From positions 124,001 through 188,000 of the forward strand of contig BROI01000037.1 in assembly GCA_027923505.1 (NCBI GenBank): a stretch of DNA of 64,000 bases. Direction: 5' to 3'. Below are positions 10,015 to 21,571 of the stretch, in pieces. The notes below the pieces were generated by a model. It was not told the DNA's origin, made no database searches, and saw nothing but the letters and a program-made list of their open reading frames with translations. Source of the DNA: Mayamaea pseudoterrestris. Lineage: Eukaryota. Every line of letters starts with the position of its first letter. The stretch's first letter is position 1. A program made the translations under genes and the position numbers.

Positions 10015-11724
10015 ATGCCGGTCGCCGATGCTCCATCCGACGACTCGGACGACGAATACTGCCATCCTCAACCGATTCGCCTCGAATGCTTTGGCATTGA
10101 CTCGACAAGAATGCAGCAGAATGGAACGTTTCACGATGAATACAGTACTTCACGGCAAGTAAGTAGTCAATGGTCAGCATTTGCTGCTCTACGAAGCTGC
10201 TGCTCCGCCTTCAATCCGCTTCGCCTACTCGACGGCGCCTACGAAAATGTCTGCAAGCAGTGGCGAATCCTAGCCCTTGGACAGTTACTGTCCTTTTTGA
10301 ATGTTTCCAACGGAGCAGCTCAAGCGTCACTGTCACTTTCTTGTCATTTGTTTGCACCCTTGTTTACATTGGGACTGGTTTATTTTTGCTTGGCGCTTGG
10401 TTTAATTCCCATTTGGTGGAATCGACGGCGCCGTAGCAATGAGCAAACTGGTGATGGAGTTAGCAATCAGCATGGCGCACAAATGTCTGACGATCTTGGC
10501 AAGCATGATCCACCATCGACTCATGCATCCTTCTTTCGAATGGATTCCATTATGAGCAGTGCTTCGTCGCATGGCACTAGTCAGAGTCTGTTGGAACCAG
10601 CTTTTCAGTTTGATCCAAATCGAAATTACTCCTTGCTTGGCATTGTCCCATTGAGCGCTCCCGCGCTTGCCTATTTACCAATGGCCTGCTTGGACGTTTA
10701 TGCGCAATACTTCTTTTTGACTTCCTTGCGGTACACGACGCTCACATCCGTCACGTTGCTGGATTCCATTGCCATTCCGACGGCCATGCTGCTTTCGAGC
10801 GTCGTGCTTGCCCGCAAGTATCGATGCGCGCATTTTGTCGGAATCTTTTCATGCTTTGTCGGAATATTCATGGACGTGTTTCAAGACTACACGGCGGAAG
10901 ACGAAACTGGAACGGGCGGAGCCGACTTGCAGGATTATCCATTCAAGATTCGAGGCGATGTATTGGCAATCATGGGCGCCGTCTTGTTTGGTTGTCAGGA
11001 AGTGCTTGGAGAAGTGGCGGTGCGCAACTTGGGCGGCTCCAATGAATACTTGTCCATGCTGGGCTTTTGGGCATCCATGATCGCGTTTGGACAGTCCTAT
11101 ATTTCCGAAAAGGATCAAGTCACGCAGTTTTTTGCTGCCCATGATCAGCGGTACTGCGGCAAGGAGCAGGCGTGGATCTTGCTCGTGATGTATATTATTT
11201 CTAATACGTGCTACTATCATGGCGTGGCAAGATTTCTGCAGATTAGTGATGCGGCCTTTGTAAGTGCTGTAGGCTACGTCGTGGAGTGTAAAGGTCAGGA
11301 GTAAATATGATTTCTGACCTGTGTTTTACTACTTGTCCGTTGTCAGTTTAACTTGAGCTTATTGACAGGCTGTGTCTGGTCCGTTTTGTTTGGCGTATTG
11401 TTCCTGGACCGCGCTCCAAAGCCACTCTTTTACGTTGCTGTGTTCTTCATCATTGTGGGTGTCTTTACCTATGAAATGGCTTCGACGCCTGTCGTCGAAG
11501 ATGACGAAGGGCATGCATTGGAGAATGCCAAGTTTCGACGATGGAGAAAGAAGGCGATGCGTCTTCGATGCAGAATGCGACGGCGAAAGGGTACAGTGAA
11601 ACTGCCGCCTGATTCGGACGAGTCGGAAGACAGTGCTACGGAGGATGACTCGTCAGCTCAACGTTACCAACTAGATGCCAACCTAGACTCCCAGCAAGGA
11701 AGATCTGATCGAATAATCGTTTGA
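10015..11724 (+). CDS. SLC35F-family (DMT/EamA) transporter; intron 11260-11346
   Basis: LALGQLLSFL, DVYAQYF...LRYTTLTSVTLLDSIAIP, GDVLAIMGAVLFG, EYLSMLGFW; splicing GTAAGT...TGTCAG joins DAAF|FNLSLLTG, the conserved SLC35F motif. Confidence 0.88.
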
Positions 11725-11830
11725 GAAATTGAAAACTAAACGGCTTACTCTTATAATATATCATCATTACAATAATTAACACGTATTTGCTACTATAAAT
11801 TTGCTTGATTGACTGACCGTAACAATGTGC

Positions 11831-14800
11831 TCAGCTCTCCTTCGAATATTTTAAATACATGCTAGACGCGGTTGTTCGAGCAATCACCTTTTGCACTTCT
11901 GGCCGGCGCCGCTTGAACTCTTGGTGAATACGTTGCGAGAACAGAGACTGTTTCCACTTTGACCAATGTTGGCCCATCCACTGTCCTGGTGACGAGAGTC
12001 TTACTTCTTCCAAGACACCGTCAAACATCCATTGCAGCAAACTGACACGAGGTATAAGATAAGAATAGTAATAGCTTTCCGAAAATTGCTGTACCTTCGT
12101 CGCCCCAGTTTTCAAATGACGCTTCATTATTTGGCAATCTTGTGAAGACAACAAAGCTGTAAACCAATGTATAAACTGGGCAGGTAGACCTTTAGTGGCA
12201 GCTTCCGCTAAGCCGAATCGAGCCCGTGCAATGACGTGAATCGGATCGGCGTATCTCTTGCATACCCGGTGGTCAGCCAATATTTCATGTGCCCCATCGA
12301 GCATACGCTCCAAATGAGTGCCAAGGCCTACTCGCTGAACATAATCAATGTAAGACTTCGTTCTTGCAGCTTCGCGAATCGAAATGCCCCGGGCGACCGC
12401 GAAAAGAGATGTACAATTATCTCGTACGCGTCCCCAGACTGGCATCGAGATCGAACTGACTAGTTCAGCAACCTGTGCGCTTAACTCCGCAGCTGCATCA
12501 ATCATACCTGACGTCTCCCCATAAGCACGCCCAGCTTGCGTCGTGTAAGAATCTTTGGCAACTCCTTGCATAGGATACCGCTGCGTCTCCACTTTAACTT
12601 TGGGTGTGCCATCCGAAGTATCACCTTCGTTACACATTTCTTGAGCAGCATCGTCCCAGTCACCCGCGATTATGCCAACGCCAGGCAGCTCCTCTCCATG
12701 CGCGTCTACGGGTTCTGTCGTGTGATACTCGTCTAGCACACGTCGCTGTCGTGAAACTGTTTCATAGTTGAACGTCTCGTCCGGAGAAATATGTTCGTCG
12801 TGATCGTCCTCATCAGCATCTTCCCAGGAACCCCCATCGGCGTCCTCCGACTCCTCCGCAAGAGTCTCAGTGTCCACTGAAAGCTCGGCGTCTTCCAGCA
12901 CCAAATCTTCGAGCAGAAGATTTAATAAGTCACCCTCGTCAAGATATATTACATTCGCGCTCGAGTCAGATTCAACTTCCTTTGACGAATTAACACCTTG
13001 CTCGTTAAAGACATCATCTTCATCAAAAATGTAATCCTGCGACTCGTAGTAGCTTCCACGAAAATGTTCCACATCGTTCGACTCAACAGCCTCGTCTCCA
13101 AGCTTTTCGTCCACAATTTCATAATATTGCGGCATTAAGGGTACCATATCGAACAGACTCGGTTGTTTGTCGGTTACAGATTGCAATTGCGTTGCCACAC
13201 CCATGCTTTCGGGGTTTACCCTTGCTTCGGTTCCTTTTCTTTCGTCAACCAACGGCAAATGAAGTTGTTGCTCATCTTCATCATTGTCAATAAAAAGAAC
13301 CATAGCGTCGTCTTCTGTGGCTGCTGCTGCATTAACTTGTGGTATCCAATCGACTTGCAAAACAAGAGGTGCGGGATTCTTCATTTCACTTAACTCAGTC
13401 ATGGTGGACTTCTTGAGTGTGTTGCTTGTTGCGCTGTCTGTGGTAACAGAAGCAGCAGCAAATTGTTTGAGATCACCAGCGTCATGTTGTAACACTTGAT
13501 GCGACGGGGTGCCGTCATGCACTTCTTGCGTAGTCCCGTACCTCATTGAGATGCCGATTGCAACAGCGATAAGAGCGACAGTAATGCTCATCATCCTGCG
13601 GCGGCGCTTGAGTCGACGCTTTCGTTCTTCGTCGTCGTTATTTCCAAAGCCAAGAGCAACAACTGCAGATGAGTTCATATGCTTCTTGATGTACTGAGTA
13701 CTCATACATATTTGCTGGTCGGTTGCCAATAGTTCGTCATGTTCCGACGTCAAATTGCCGTTCCTGCTCCATCGAGAACTTCGACTTTGACCGCCACCTC
13801 GCTTGACCACTTGTTCAAAATCTTCCAGCTGACATTCCTTAGCTTCTTGACGGTAGACCCAGTCGGCCTTGGCCGTGCTTGCGGTCATACAAACCGGCAC
13901 GTCGGGATCAAACATGTGAATGACGTTACATTCGGCCAGCATGTTCTCCATTTGCTGCTTGCCATAGTATCGCGTAGCCAAGCGTAAAATCTTGCGAGGC
14001 GGAACCCGACGCATAATGTCTAACGCATCGTCAATCAATTCTTGAAAGGAGACTGTCGCCGGCGGCTCCATGAGAGAACTCAAATTGCTCGAAACACAGC
14101 TCGCTGCGACATCCTCGCGCGGGTAGCTGCTATTGTATCGCTGAATCTTGTGGTAGTCGTGATCCAGTCGCTCCACCAGCAGAATCTCTGCCTCTTCCGC
14201 CGTTCCACTCTCCATGGTTGAAACTGTTCCATCCTCGTCATTCTGCTCATCATCACTAACATAGCCATCACCTGGTCGGTATTTCCAACCAACAATGCTA
14301 CTATTCTTGGGAAGTCCCCGAAGCGTCTGATGCAGCAGCGAAAAGTCGCATTCGCAATCCAAAATTTCCGCTCGATTTGACGAATGAATCACCATGGCCA
14401 CGCTCACATAGACTGGAAGTAGCGAATGTCCAACCAAAAAGGCGTCAAAGAGTCGCTTGACCACCTGCGTGTCTCGAACCTCGTGGGCAAACCAGGTCAC
14501 AACCCACGACAAGGCGAAAAAGGGCTCCATGCCCGCCTCGTACAAGTGCTCGTGCACCTGCGGGTCCAATAGCGCAATCAATGGGAAAATGGTGCATCGC
14601 AGCACAGTTTGAAGGGCGGCAAAGTTGGTTTGGAGACAGTCGCGCAAGTGAAACTGACTGACTTGCAGCAACACAGCCGATGCGAGATTCGCATCTGGCG
14701 GTGGAGCCATGCTACTGAAGAGGGGCGAGGCAGGCGGCAGGCCAACTCCACTCACGCCTCCCAGTGCGCTGAGAAAAATGCAAGCGACATCATGGTAGCC

Positions 14801-15588
14801 TTGATAGTATCGGAGAGGCTGCGTCTTGAGCAATCTTGAAGATGTATTGGTCGCGTAGTAAGTCTTGGTCAAAGTCGCGTTGATGAGCAAGGCCAATCGT
14901 TGCTGCTTGCGGCGAATCAATCGAGCCACCTTGCGGTTGCGCTTGTGCTCCATTTGAATGCGCTGAAGACGCTGCGTACCCGTCAGCAAATGCCAGGTGC
15001 ATCTCAAAACATCCAATGAAATTTGATCGGCATCCAGACAGATACTCTGCGGAAGGAGTGGCTGGTTGTGATCCTCGTGCGGAGCATCGCTGCCAGTACT
15101 TGCGGTTGAATGGTCCGATGCGACTGAATTATTGTCGCTGTCACATTCTGGTTTAACAGGATTGGCATCAAATGACAGCGACTCCAAAGCTAAGGAGGCT
15201 CTTGCGGATGATGTATTAGTATTTGACTTTAAAGGAGGCCGAGGTGGAAGGCCTGCTAGGGCTGTTGCTGTGGTATTGTTGGTAACGACTGTTATCGATG
15301 ATGCACTTTCGCGACGAATGGGAGGCTCCGCCGCTGTCACTTGCTCAAAGAAGCATACATCATGAAGTCCGACGAGCTTGGGCCAGGCGCGTTTGCGAAG
15401 AGAGTCTATGCGAAAAACAGAAAATGAGGAACTGCATGGAAGAAGTACACAAGACACACTTTCGCAAACATACCATGTACCAAACCACCCTCCGACAGCG
15501 CTAGCTCGCGAAGCCGCCAAAGATCCACCACCTCCTCGTTAAGAACGGCTTCAATTTCCAGTGCCTTGTCTTCCAAAAAGTCCTCCAT
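11831..15588 (-). CDS. Rab-GAP TBC protein, TBC1D20/Gyp8-like, with TM and long acidic C-terminal extension; intron 15406-15473
   Basis: Exon 1 VDLWRLRELALSEGGLVH|DSLRKRAWPKLVG; QISLDVLRC, YYQGYHDVA, PFFALSWVVTWFAH, VVKRLFDAFL. Confidence 0.85.
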
Positions 15589-15867
15589 GGTTGCTTTTGC
15601 TTTTAACTTGCTTGCCCCTGGATGAATCGAATTGTGTCAGCTGCAACAGAAGGCCCGCGCGATGATTCATGGCGCGCTGCCTCCGAAGCTGCGAGAAAAG
15701 TAGCCTTACTTTGCTGCAGAGCCATTGGATCGCGCGCGTTTCGTGAGAAAGGCGATCATGGTGCGACATTTAAAAGAAACAGCTGCAACCGACCGCGCCA
15801 CCATGACCAAATTCCTCGAGGTGCCGGTCTCTCGTCCATCATCATACAAGCAACTACCATATACGGC

Positions 15868-17134
15868 ATGTCCCACTCACTCGTCCCCATTCGCGTTGAC
15901 GCTTGGTCCGCTGACAAGTCGACTCGAATCGTTGATACCTTTTTGCTAGATCCCGTGTGCTGGCCCATTCGCTCGAGTGAACCATCCGTGATGGTTGAAG
16001 AAAATACGCAATATTTAGCCGATACGATACTATTGGATGCCGATGTCATGGGAATGGGGCGAGCGGCGGCGAGTACTGGAGGTGACAGTGGTAGCAAATT
16101 TACGGGGCGATTGCAGCTATGGAACTTTTCGCTGCAGCAGCGACTCTGTGATCAGGTAATATTCTTAACTGTAACTGCGCTATGCGTGTTGCTTTTCTTG
16201 AGCCATGCGTCGCTTTGTAAGAACGTGACTAAGAAATACCAAGAAGTGTACGAGACTCATATATCTTTCATATTAACAGATTCGTGGACAACTATGGAGA
16301 GTTCTTATGAGTACCTCTGGGCCAAGACGCGAGTGGCAACAGCCGAAGCAACAACTTTCACTCGAGTCGAAACGGCACAGCGTACAGCAGCAGCAAACGA
16401 ACGGACAGGGAGACTCAGTGATTGGAAAAAGAACAAGCGAGGCTGCTGCAAGTGAGGATGATGGTCGTCCCTTAAAGCGAATGAAGCTAGAAAATGACGA
16501 AGCTCTGAATACTGAGAAGGCAGCCGCGTCGAACGATGCAATTACCTCGGATGTCAATACAATAGCCACAAAAACTGATTCAACGTCGCAAGCTGAAACG
16601 GCTCCATTTTCTATGACTGAAACTGAGGAGGTAACAAGCGCCGGCAACCCTGGATCAAATGCTTTACATTTTCAACCGTCGGCATCCACAGCTCCACCCC
16701 ACCAAGGTTCGACCCAACCGAGACCTTTAACAGTCGCCTCGCATCAGCAGTCTGCAGCGCGTGATCCCATTTACGGATCAAAAATGCCATTGGGCAATCT
16801 CATCCCCATTCGCATCCGGTTGACGGCTTTTGGTATTCGCATTCATGACGACTTTTATGTTGACCCGGTCCTTGACACGTCGCCTTTGGTGATTGCACAA
16901 TCTATTGCCAAGGATTTAAACTTGAGTGACGATTTGCTTATAGCGTTAGCCGTCGACATTTGCGAGCAAATACATGGCATGCAAATGAACCAGGAACCGA
17001 TACTGCCCGCGTACGACATGGAGCAAGGAGCTAAATCATCAACGGAGGGCAAAAATGTAACGGCTGCCTACAGGCTGGATCAAAAGGTCCACATTGCTAA
17101 CGTTGCGCACTTGGTGCATGACTACCGTGCATAA
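15868..17134 (+). CDS. SNF5/SMARCB1-repeat protein (SWI/SNF subunit-like); intron 16156-16279
   Basis: Two SNF5-type repeats: LVPIRVD...IVDTFLLDP...LCDQ|IRGQL (restored by splicing) and LIPIRIRL..FGIRIHDDF..D....SPLVIAQSIAKDLNL....IAL...ICEQI. Confidence 0.65.
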
Positions 17135-17369
17135 GACTTGTTCATCGTAAAGTGACGATCGCAACATACGGAGACCCTGAATGAACTTCGACTGCGTGAT
17201 GTCAGCACAACACTTGCTACAAACGGAGCACGCTTCCGATGTCTAATGCGACTACCGGTAGACTCCAGCTTATATGCAGAGATATGATTAAAAATGTGTA
17301 TGTATGTCGTTATTAATGCTCCTTTACGGGCTGCACTGCCTTCAACTTTTGAAACACCAACGCGTGATC

Positions 17370-18517
17370 CTACAGCAGTAGGTACACTAGCCCGAGCATG
17401 GCACTGACCGCACCCAGGCCCATTGTCAAAGCGGATGCCGCACTGCACTCTCCCTTCCATGGCTGATGTCCAGCTTCACAGCATCCCGGCAGATACACTG
17501 TCTTCGGTTCATAACCATTGCCCTTGCACGCTTCACAGATGGGATCCTTTTCTGGATCGCAGTAACTTGCGCAGTTTGGAAACTTTAGCACATCACAAAA
17601 ATTCTTTGGCGGCCAGTCTGGCTTGTTGCAGTCACCCATATTTTCCGGACAAGTGTGCAGCACGCAGTCAAACTCTCCCACAGGTAGCACCTTCTTTCCC
17701 GACGGATCCAAAAACGCTCCACTCGCCGGGACATTCTGCGCCAAAATGCGTTCCACATTCTCCGGCGGATCCATGTCGCGATCGGACGACGAGTAGTGAT
17801 CCCCTGCATCCGTGCCAGCGTCCCATGGATATGTGCGCAGCGTGAATCGATCCCAGTAGGTGCGATCGTATTCGTCGACCGTGTCAAACAGGTAGAAACC
17901 AGTGAACCAGTCGGGAGATGGGTCCATTCCGGCAATGGCGTTAATGTACGGATAGTCAAAGTTGACTTCAACGGGTGGGATGAAGACGTAGTTTTCGTCC
18001 CAATGGTCCTGATCAATGAAGAATGACTCGCCTTCAACAATCGTCTTGACAAGTTCACCGGCGGCTGTGACTTCATCTTGGAACTTGTCAGTGAATCTGT
18101 TCTCTGCAATGGTTTCAATACCAAGCGTTGTTGCTCTATTCTTCAGCCAAGGTCGGAACTGTTATTGAAAGATTAAAAAAAAGCACGACGATTAGTTGAC
18201 GTTTGCTCAATACACTTTTCGCCACGAGCTTGAACGATCACACGCACCTCCTTCACACCCGAGTACATTGTTATCGGACCCCACCGCGCGTTCGGCGGAT
18301 ACTCTTTGGGATGATGCATCTTGGTCCACATGTTGCGAAAGATGCAGTAGTACTTTGTGGTGTTGACGGATTGCCACCAAACGGAGCTGTCCGTGCTGTA
18401 CAAAAAGTCATAGATTTCCTCCGGAATGATCAAGTCATTTTCCACGACAATGTCGGCTCGAGTTCTTGCTGCTAGAGTGCAGAGGAGCACCAGCAGGATA
18501 TTATTGGCCATTATCAT
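17370..18517 (-). CDS. Secreted Spondin_N-domain protein with Cys-rich tail and probable GPI signal; intron 18159-18247
   Basis: Signal peptide; YYCIFRNMWTKMHHPKEYP..ARWGP; MDPSPDWFTG; YPWDAGTDAG (Spondin_N signatures); hydrophobic C-terminus preceded by SAASA. Confidence 0.85.
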
Positions 18518-19000
18518 CACACCTGCTTGTGGTTGACAGTGAATGGTTTGATGAAGTAGACAAGGAAAGGCATAGACAAGCTTGGTCGTGATCTACAACG
18601 GCACTGCACCATGGGTCACAAGTCACAACCGCGGGTCATCGATCTTGCATCTCGCAGCGCAGAATGCTTGCAGATGACGCATCGGTACTTGATGTTTGTA
18701 CCGGAGAGACAGCTGAATTGATGACGTGGGAAGAGGAAACCCCTTTGTCACTGTGTTCCAAAATGTACTTGGCCTCCCGCGTCAGCCGCGCCGAGTACGC
18801 ACGCGATGGATGAATGAACTGCAAGCCACCAAAAGCGACGGATCGTTTGACCAGCCGACGCATCATCTCTTCTTCCGTGTTTCTACGCCTGACTCTTTCG
18901 GACGACAAAAGTTTGCTTGCGAAAGAAGGGGACAAGCTATACAGCAGTCTAGAAGGTACTACATTGCACTTGTAATTTCCCCCTGCCGCCTTGGACCACC

Positions 19001-20947
19001 ATGTGTTTGAAACCCGATACCCACAAGGAGGCGCTTCAAGCTGCCGTCCCTCCAGCACAGAAAATCCCCGAAGCCATCACTCCCACTCATTCGCACGAAC
19101 GCAACACGTCCTACGATATTTGGTTGTTTCTGGGAGTCGCTCTCTTTCAGAAATGGACTCCTGTTTGGCCCATCTATGCCATTTACGCCATGCGCTTCTT
19201 GTCGACGCATGTGCTTCTCTCCTTGCATTGGATGTTTGTCGACAAGGACAACTACACGCACAAGCTCACCAAGAAGCAGCTACTCCGTGAGCGAGGCGAC
19301 TATTTGACGGCCTACTACTTGCACATGTACGTGCAGATTGCACTGCAGCTTGTCTTTCCAAGCATGTTTTTCAACGACAGCTCCATCATTCCAAGGTGCA
19401 TGATGGAAGCCTTTGCCATGCACGTCTTGTTCGTCGAGCCAGTCTACTACATGGTCCATCGCTGGTTGCATGTTCCTTCGCAAATGAAGTCCATGCATGG
19501 CTTTCACCACTTGAGTATACAAACGCTGCCAACGACAAGCATGGTACAAAACTTTCACGAGCACATTGTCTACGTGGCAACCTTTGGACCGGCCTTTTTC
19601 GTGCCCTTTCTCGTCATGGGGCGTCAGCATTGGGTCGCCATTGGAGCCTACTTGGTCTTTTTCGACATTGTCAACCAGTTTGGACACATGAACATTATCA
19701 TTCGCAACAAGCTATGGACGAGCAAGTACTCGCCAATCAAGTATTTGCTGTACACGCCCGAGTTTCATCTTGGACATCATGCCTACTTTAACGCCAATTA
19801 TGCTCTCTTCATGCCCATTTGGGACTACTTGGGTGGAACGGCACGCGAGTATCGCAAAAAGGATCCAGCAATGTTACCGAAGAGTCAGCAGGACTTTTGC
19901 TTCATCGGACACAATGGTGGTCTCAGTCATTTGCTGACTATACCAGAGCTTTGCATCTACAAAATCTACGACGACTACAAAGTCTACCTACCGCTTCGCC
20001 TTGAAATACTCTTGGTGCACGCCGTCTGTCTGGTGACTCGCCTCTTTCGCAATTTCTACTACTGCTCGCGCTTTTGCGTCGCCAATGAGCGCATAGCCCG
20101 CATCATTGTCCTGCTGCGGACGCCGTATGACTACATTACGCCGAGTCGCTATGCCGGCATTAACGAAGAGATTGTAAAAGGCATGCGTGAGCAGCACCAA
20201 AACTATGGAACACGCTACTTTGGTCTTGGTAATCTGAATAAGATGAAGCAACTGAACGACGGTGGCATTGATATTGTCAACATGGTCAAGAACGACCCCT
20301 ATCTTTGCGACAAGAAAATCCGCGTTTGGACGGGAGATACCATGACGGTGGCGTCCGTGTACCATCAGATTGCCGATATTCCAAACCTCACCGAGTTCTA
20401 TTACATTGGTGCAGGCGGTAAAGTGGGAACTGCCGTGTGCGAGCTGCTCGTCAAGAATTATCCGCATCTAAAGATCAAAATATTCTCACGGACACCGCAA
20501 CTTAAACACCCCAACATTAGCTACTCGACTGATCTCAGCGAAATGAAAGACTTTAAGGTTGTCCTTGTCGGCAAGATTTTGTCTGGCAAAATGTACGCCA
20601 AGGCATTGCTTCCTCACCGAGAGGTCAAGACACGCTTCATTCTAGATTACACCGTACCGGCGCTACCCATTGACTGTCTTAACAAGCGGCCTGAAAACAT
20701 CCAGCACATTCGCGTGGGCTTGCTGCAATGTACGAGTGGCAATTTTCTTCGTGGCCATTATGATTTTTGCATGAGCCACGACGAGAACCACATAGTGCCA
20801 TGTCACTTTGGCTGCCTTATCAACACGGTTGAGGGTCGAGAGACAGACGAGGTTGGAGACATTGATCAAAGCCAAGTCCAGCGCATGTGGAAGCTAACGC
20901 TTGCGCGGGGTTTTGAAAATATCAAGATCGACTACAGCTACGATTGA
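19001..20947 (+). CDS. CER1/CER3 (WAX2)-like protein: fatty-acid-hydroxylase His-box domain plus WAX2 C-terminal domain
   Basis: His boxes YYMVHRWLH, HGFHH, YTPEFHLGHH; NYALFMPIWDYLGGT; LGNLNKMKQLNDGG; RVWTGDTMTVA; IGAGGKVG; VPCHFG. All are collinear with plant CER1/CER3. Confidence 0.9.
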   Translation: MCLKPDTHKEALQAAVPPAQKIPEAITPTHSHERNTSYDIWLFLGVALFQKWTPVWPIYAIYAMRFLSTHVLLSLHWMFVDKDNYTHKLTKKQLLRERGDYLTAYYLHMYVQIALQLVFPSMFFNDSSIIPRCMMEAFAMHVLFVEPVYYMVHRWLHVPSQMKSMHGFHHLSIQTLPTTSMVQNFHEHIVYVATFGPAFFVPFLVMGRQHWVAIGAYLVFFDIVNQFGHMNIIIRNKLWTSKYSPIKYLLYTPEFHLGHHAYFNANYALFMPIWDYLGGTAREYRKKDPAMLPKSQQDFCFIGHNGGLSHLLTIPELCIYKIYDDYKVYLPLRLEILLVHAVCLVTRLFRNFYYCSRFCVANERIARIIVLLRTPYDYITPSRYAGINEEIVKGMREQHQNYGTRYFGLGNLNKMKQLNDGGIDIVNMVKNDPYLCDKKIRVWTGDTMTVASVYHQIADIPNLTEFYYIGAGGKVGTAVCELLVKNYPHLKIKIFSRTPQLKHPNISYSTDLSEMKDFKVVLVGKILSGKMYAKALLPHREVKTRFILDYTVPALPIDCLNKRPENIQHIRVGLLQCTSGNFLRGHYDFCMSHDENHIVPCHFGCLINTVEGRETDEVGDIDQSQVQRMWKLTLARGFENIKIDYSYD

Positions 20948-21571
20948 ACGAGTTGCTCACCGCTACTAGTGCAACGAAAATGAAGGGGGCCCAGACGAAT
21001 TCGCCGCCCCGAACAGAGATCTTAAATATCTCTGACCTAAAACTGTGTACCCTTACATATAATATAGCTTAAGTCAGCATCAACTTCCTCTCATTCCCTG
21101 CCCATATTATTGCCTCGCTTGATCGACGTCGGATAGGCGTACTTGTAGTATTAATACTTATACCGTGGCATCTTGAACCTGTTCTGTTCGCACGCAACTG
21201 TACTATGCCCTTTCTGTCCCCAAGTTTCATCTCTCGTCAACAACGCCGCTTGTCTCATGCGGCAGAGCGAGATAATGTGTTGCCGGGATGAACGTCGGAC
21301 CAGCGCCACATGCTGTATTAAAAGTAGGAGGCGAGTACGAACATAATAGCAATGACCAGGTCTGTGATCGCCCACCGGCCATCGCGTTACCGTCCCATAC
21401 TTCGTGATGACAATGCTTATGATATTTTATAGAAAAGCATGATTAATTGTCTGCTCAAATAACAAACATTATTTATGATAAAAGTATGAATGTCGACGCT
21501 GCTTTCCATCGACCACTTGTTGTTGGGTCGCGGTACATATATCGGAATAGAATGGTAAGTGATCGATGCGA

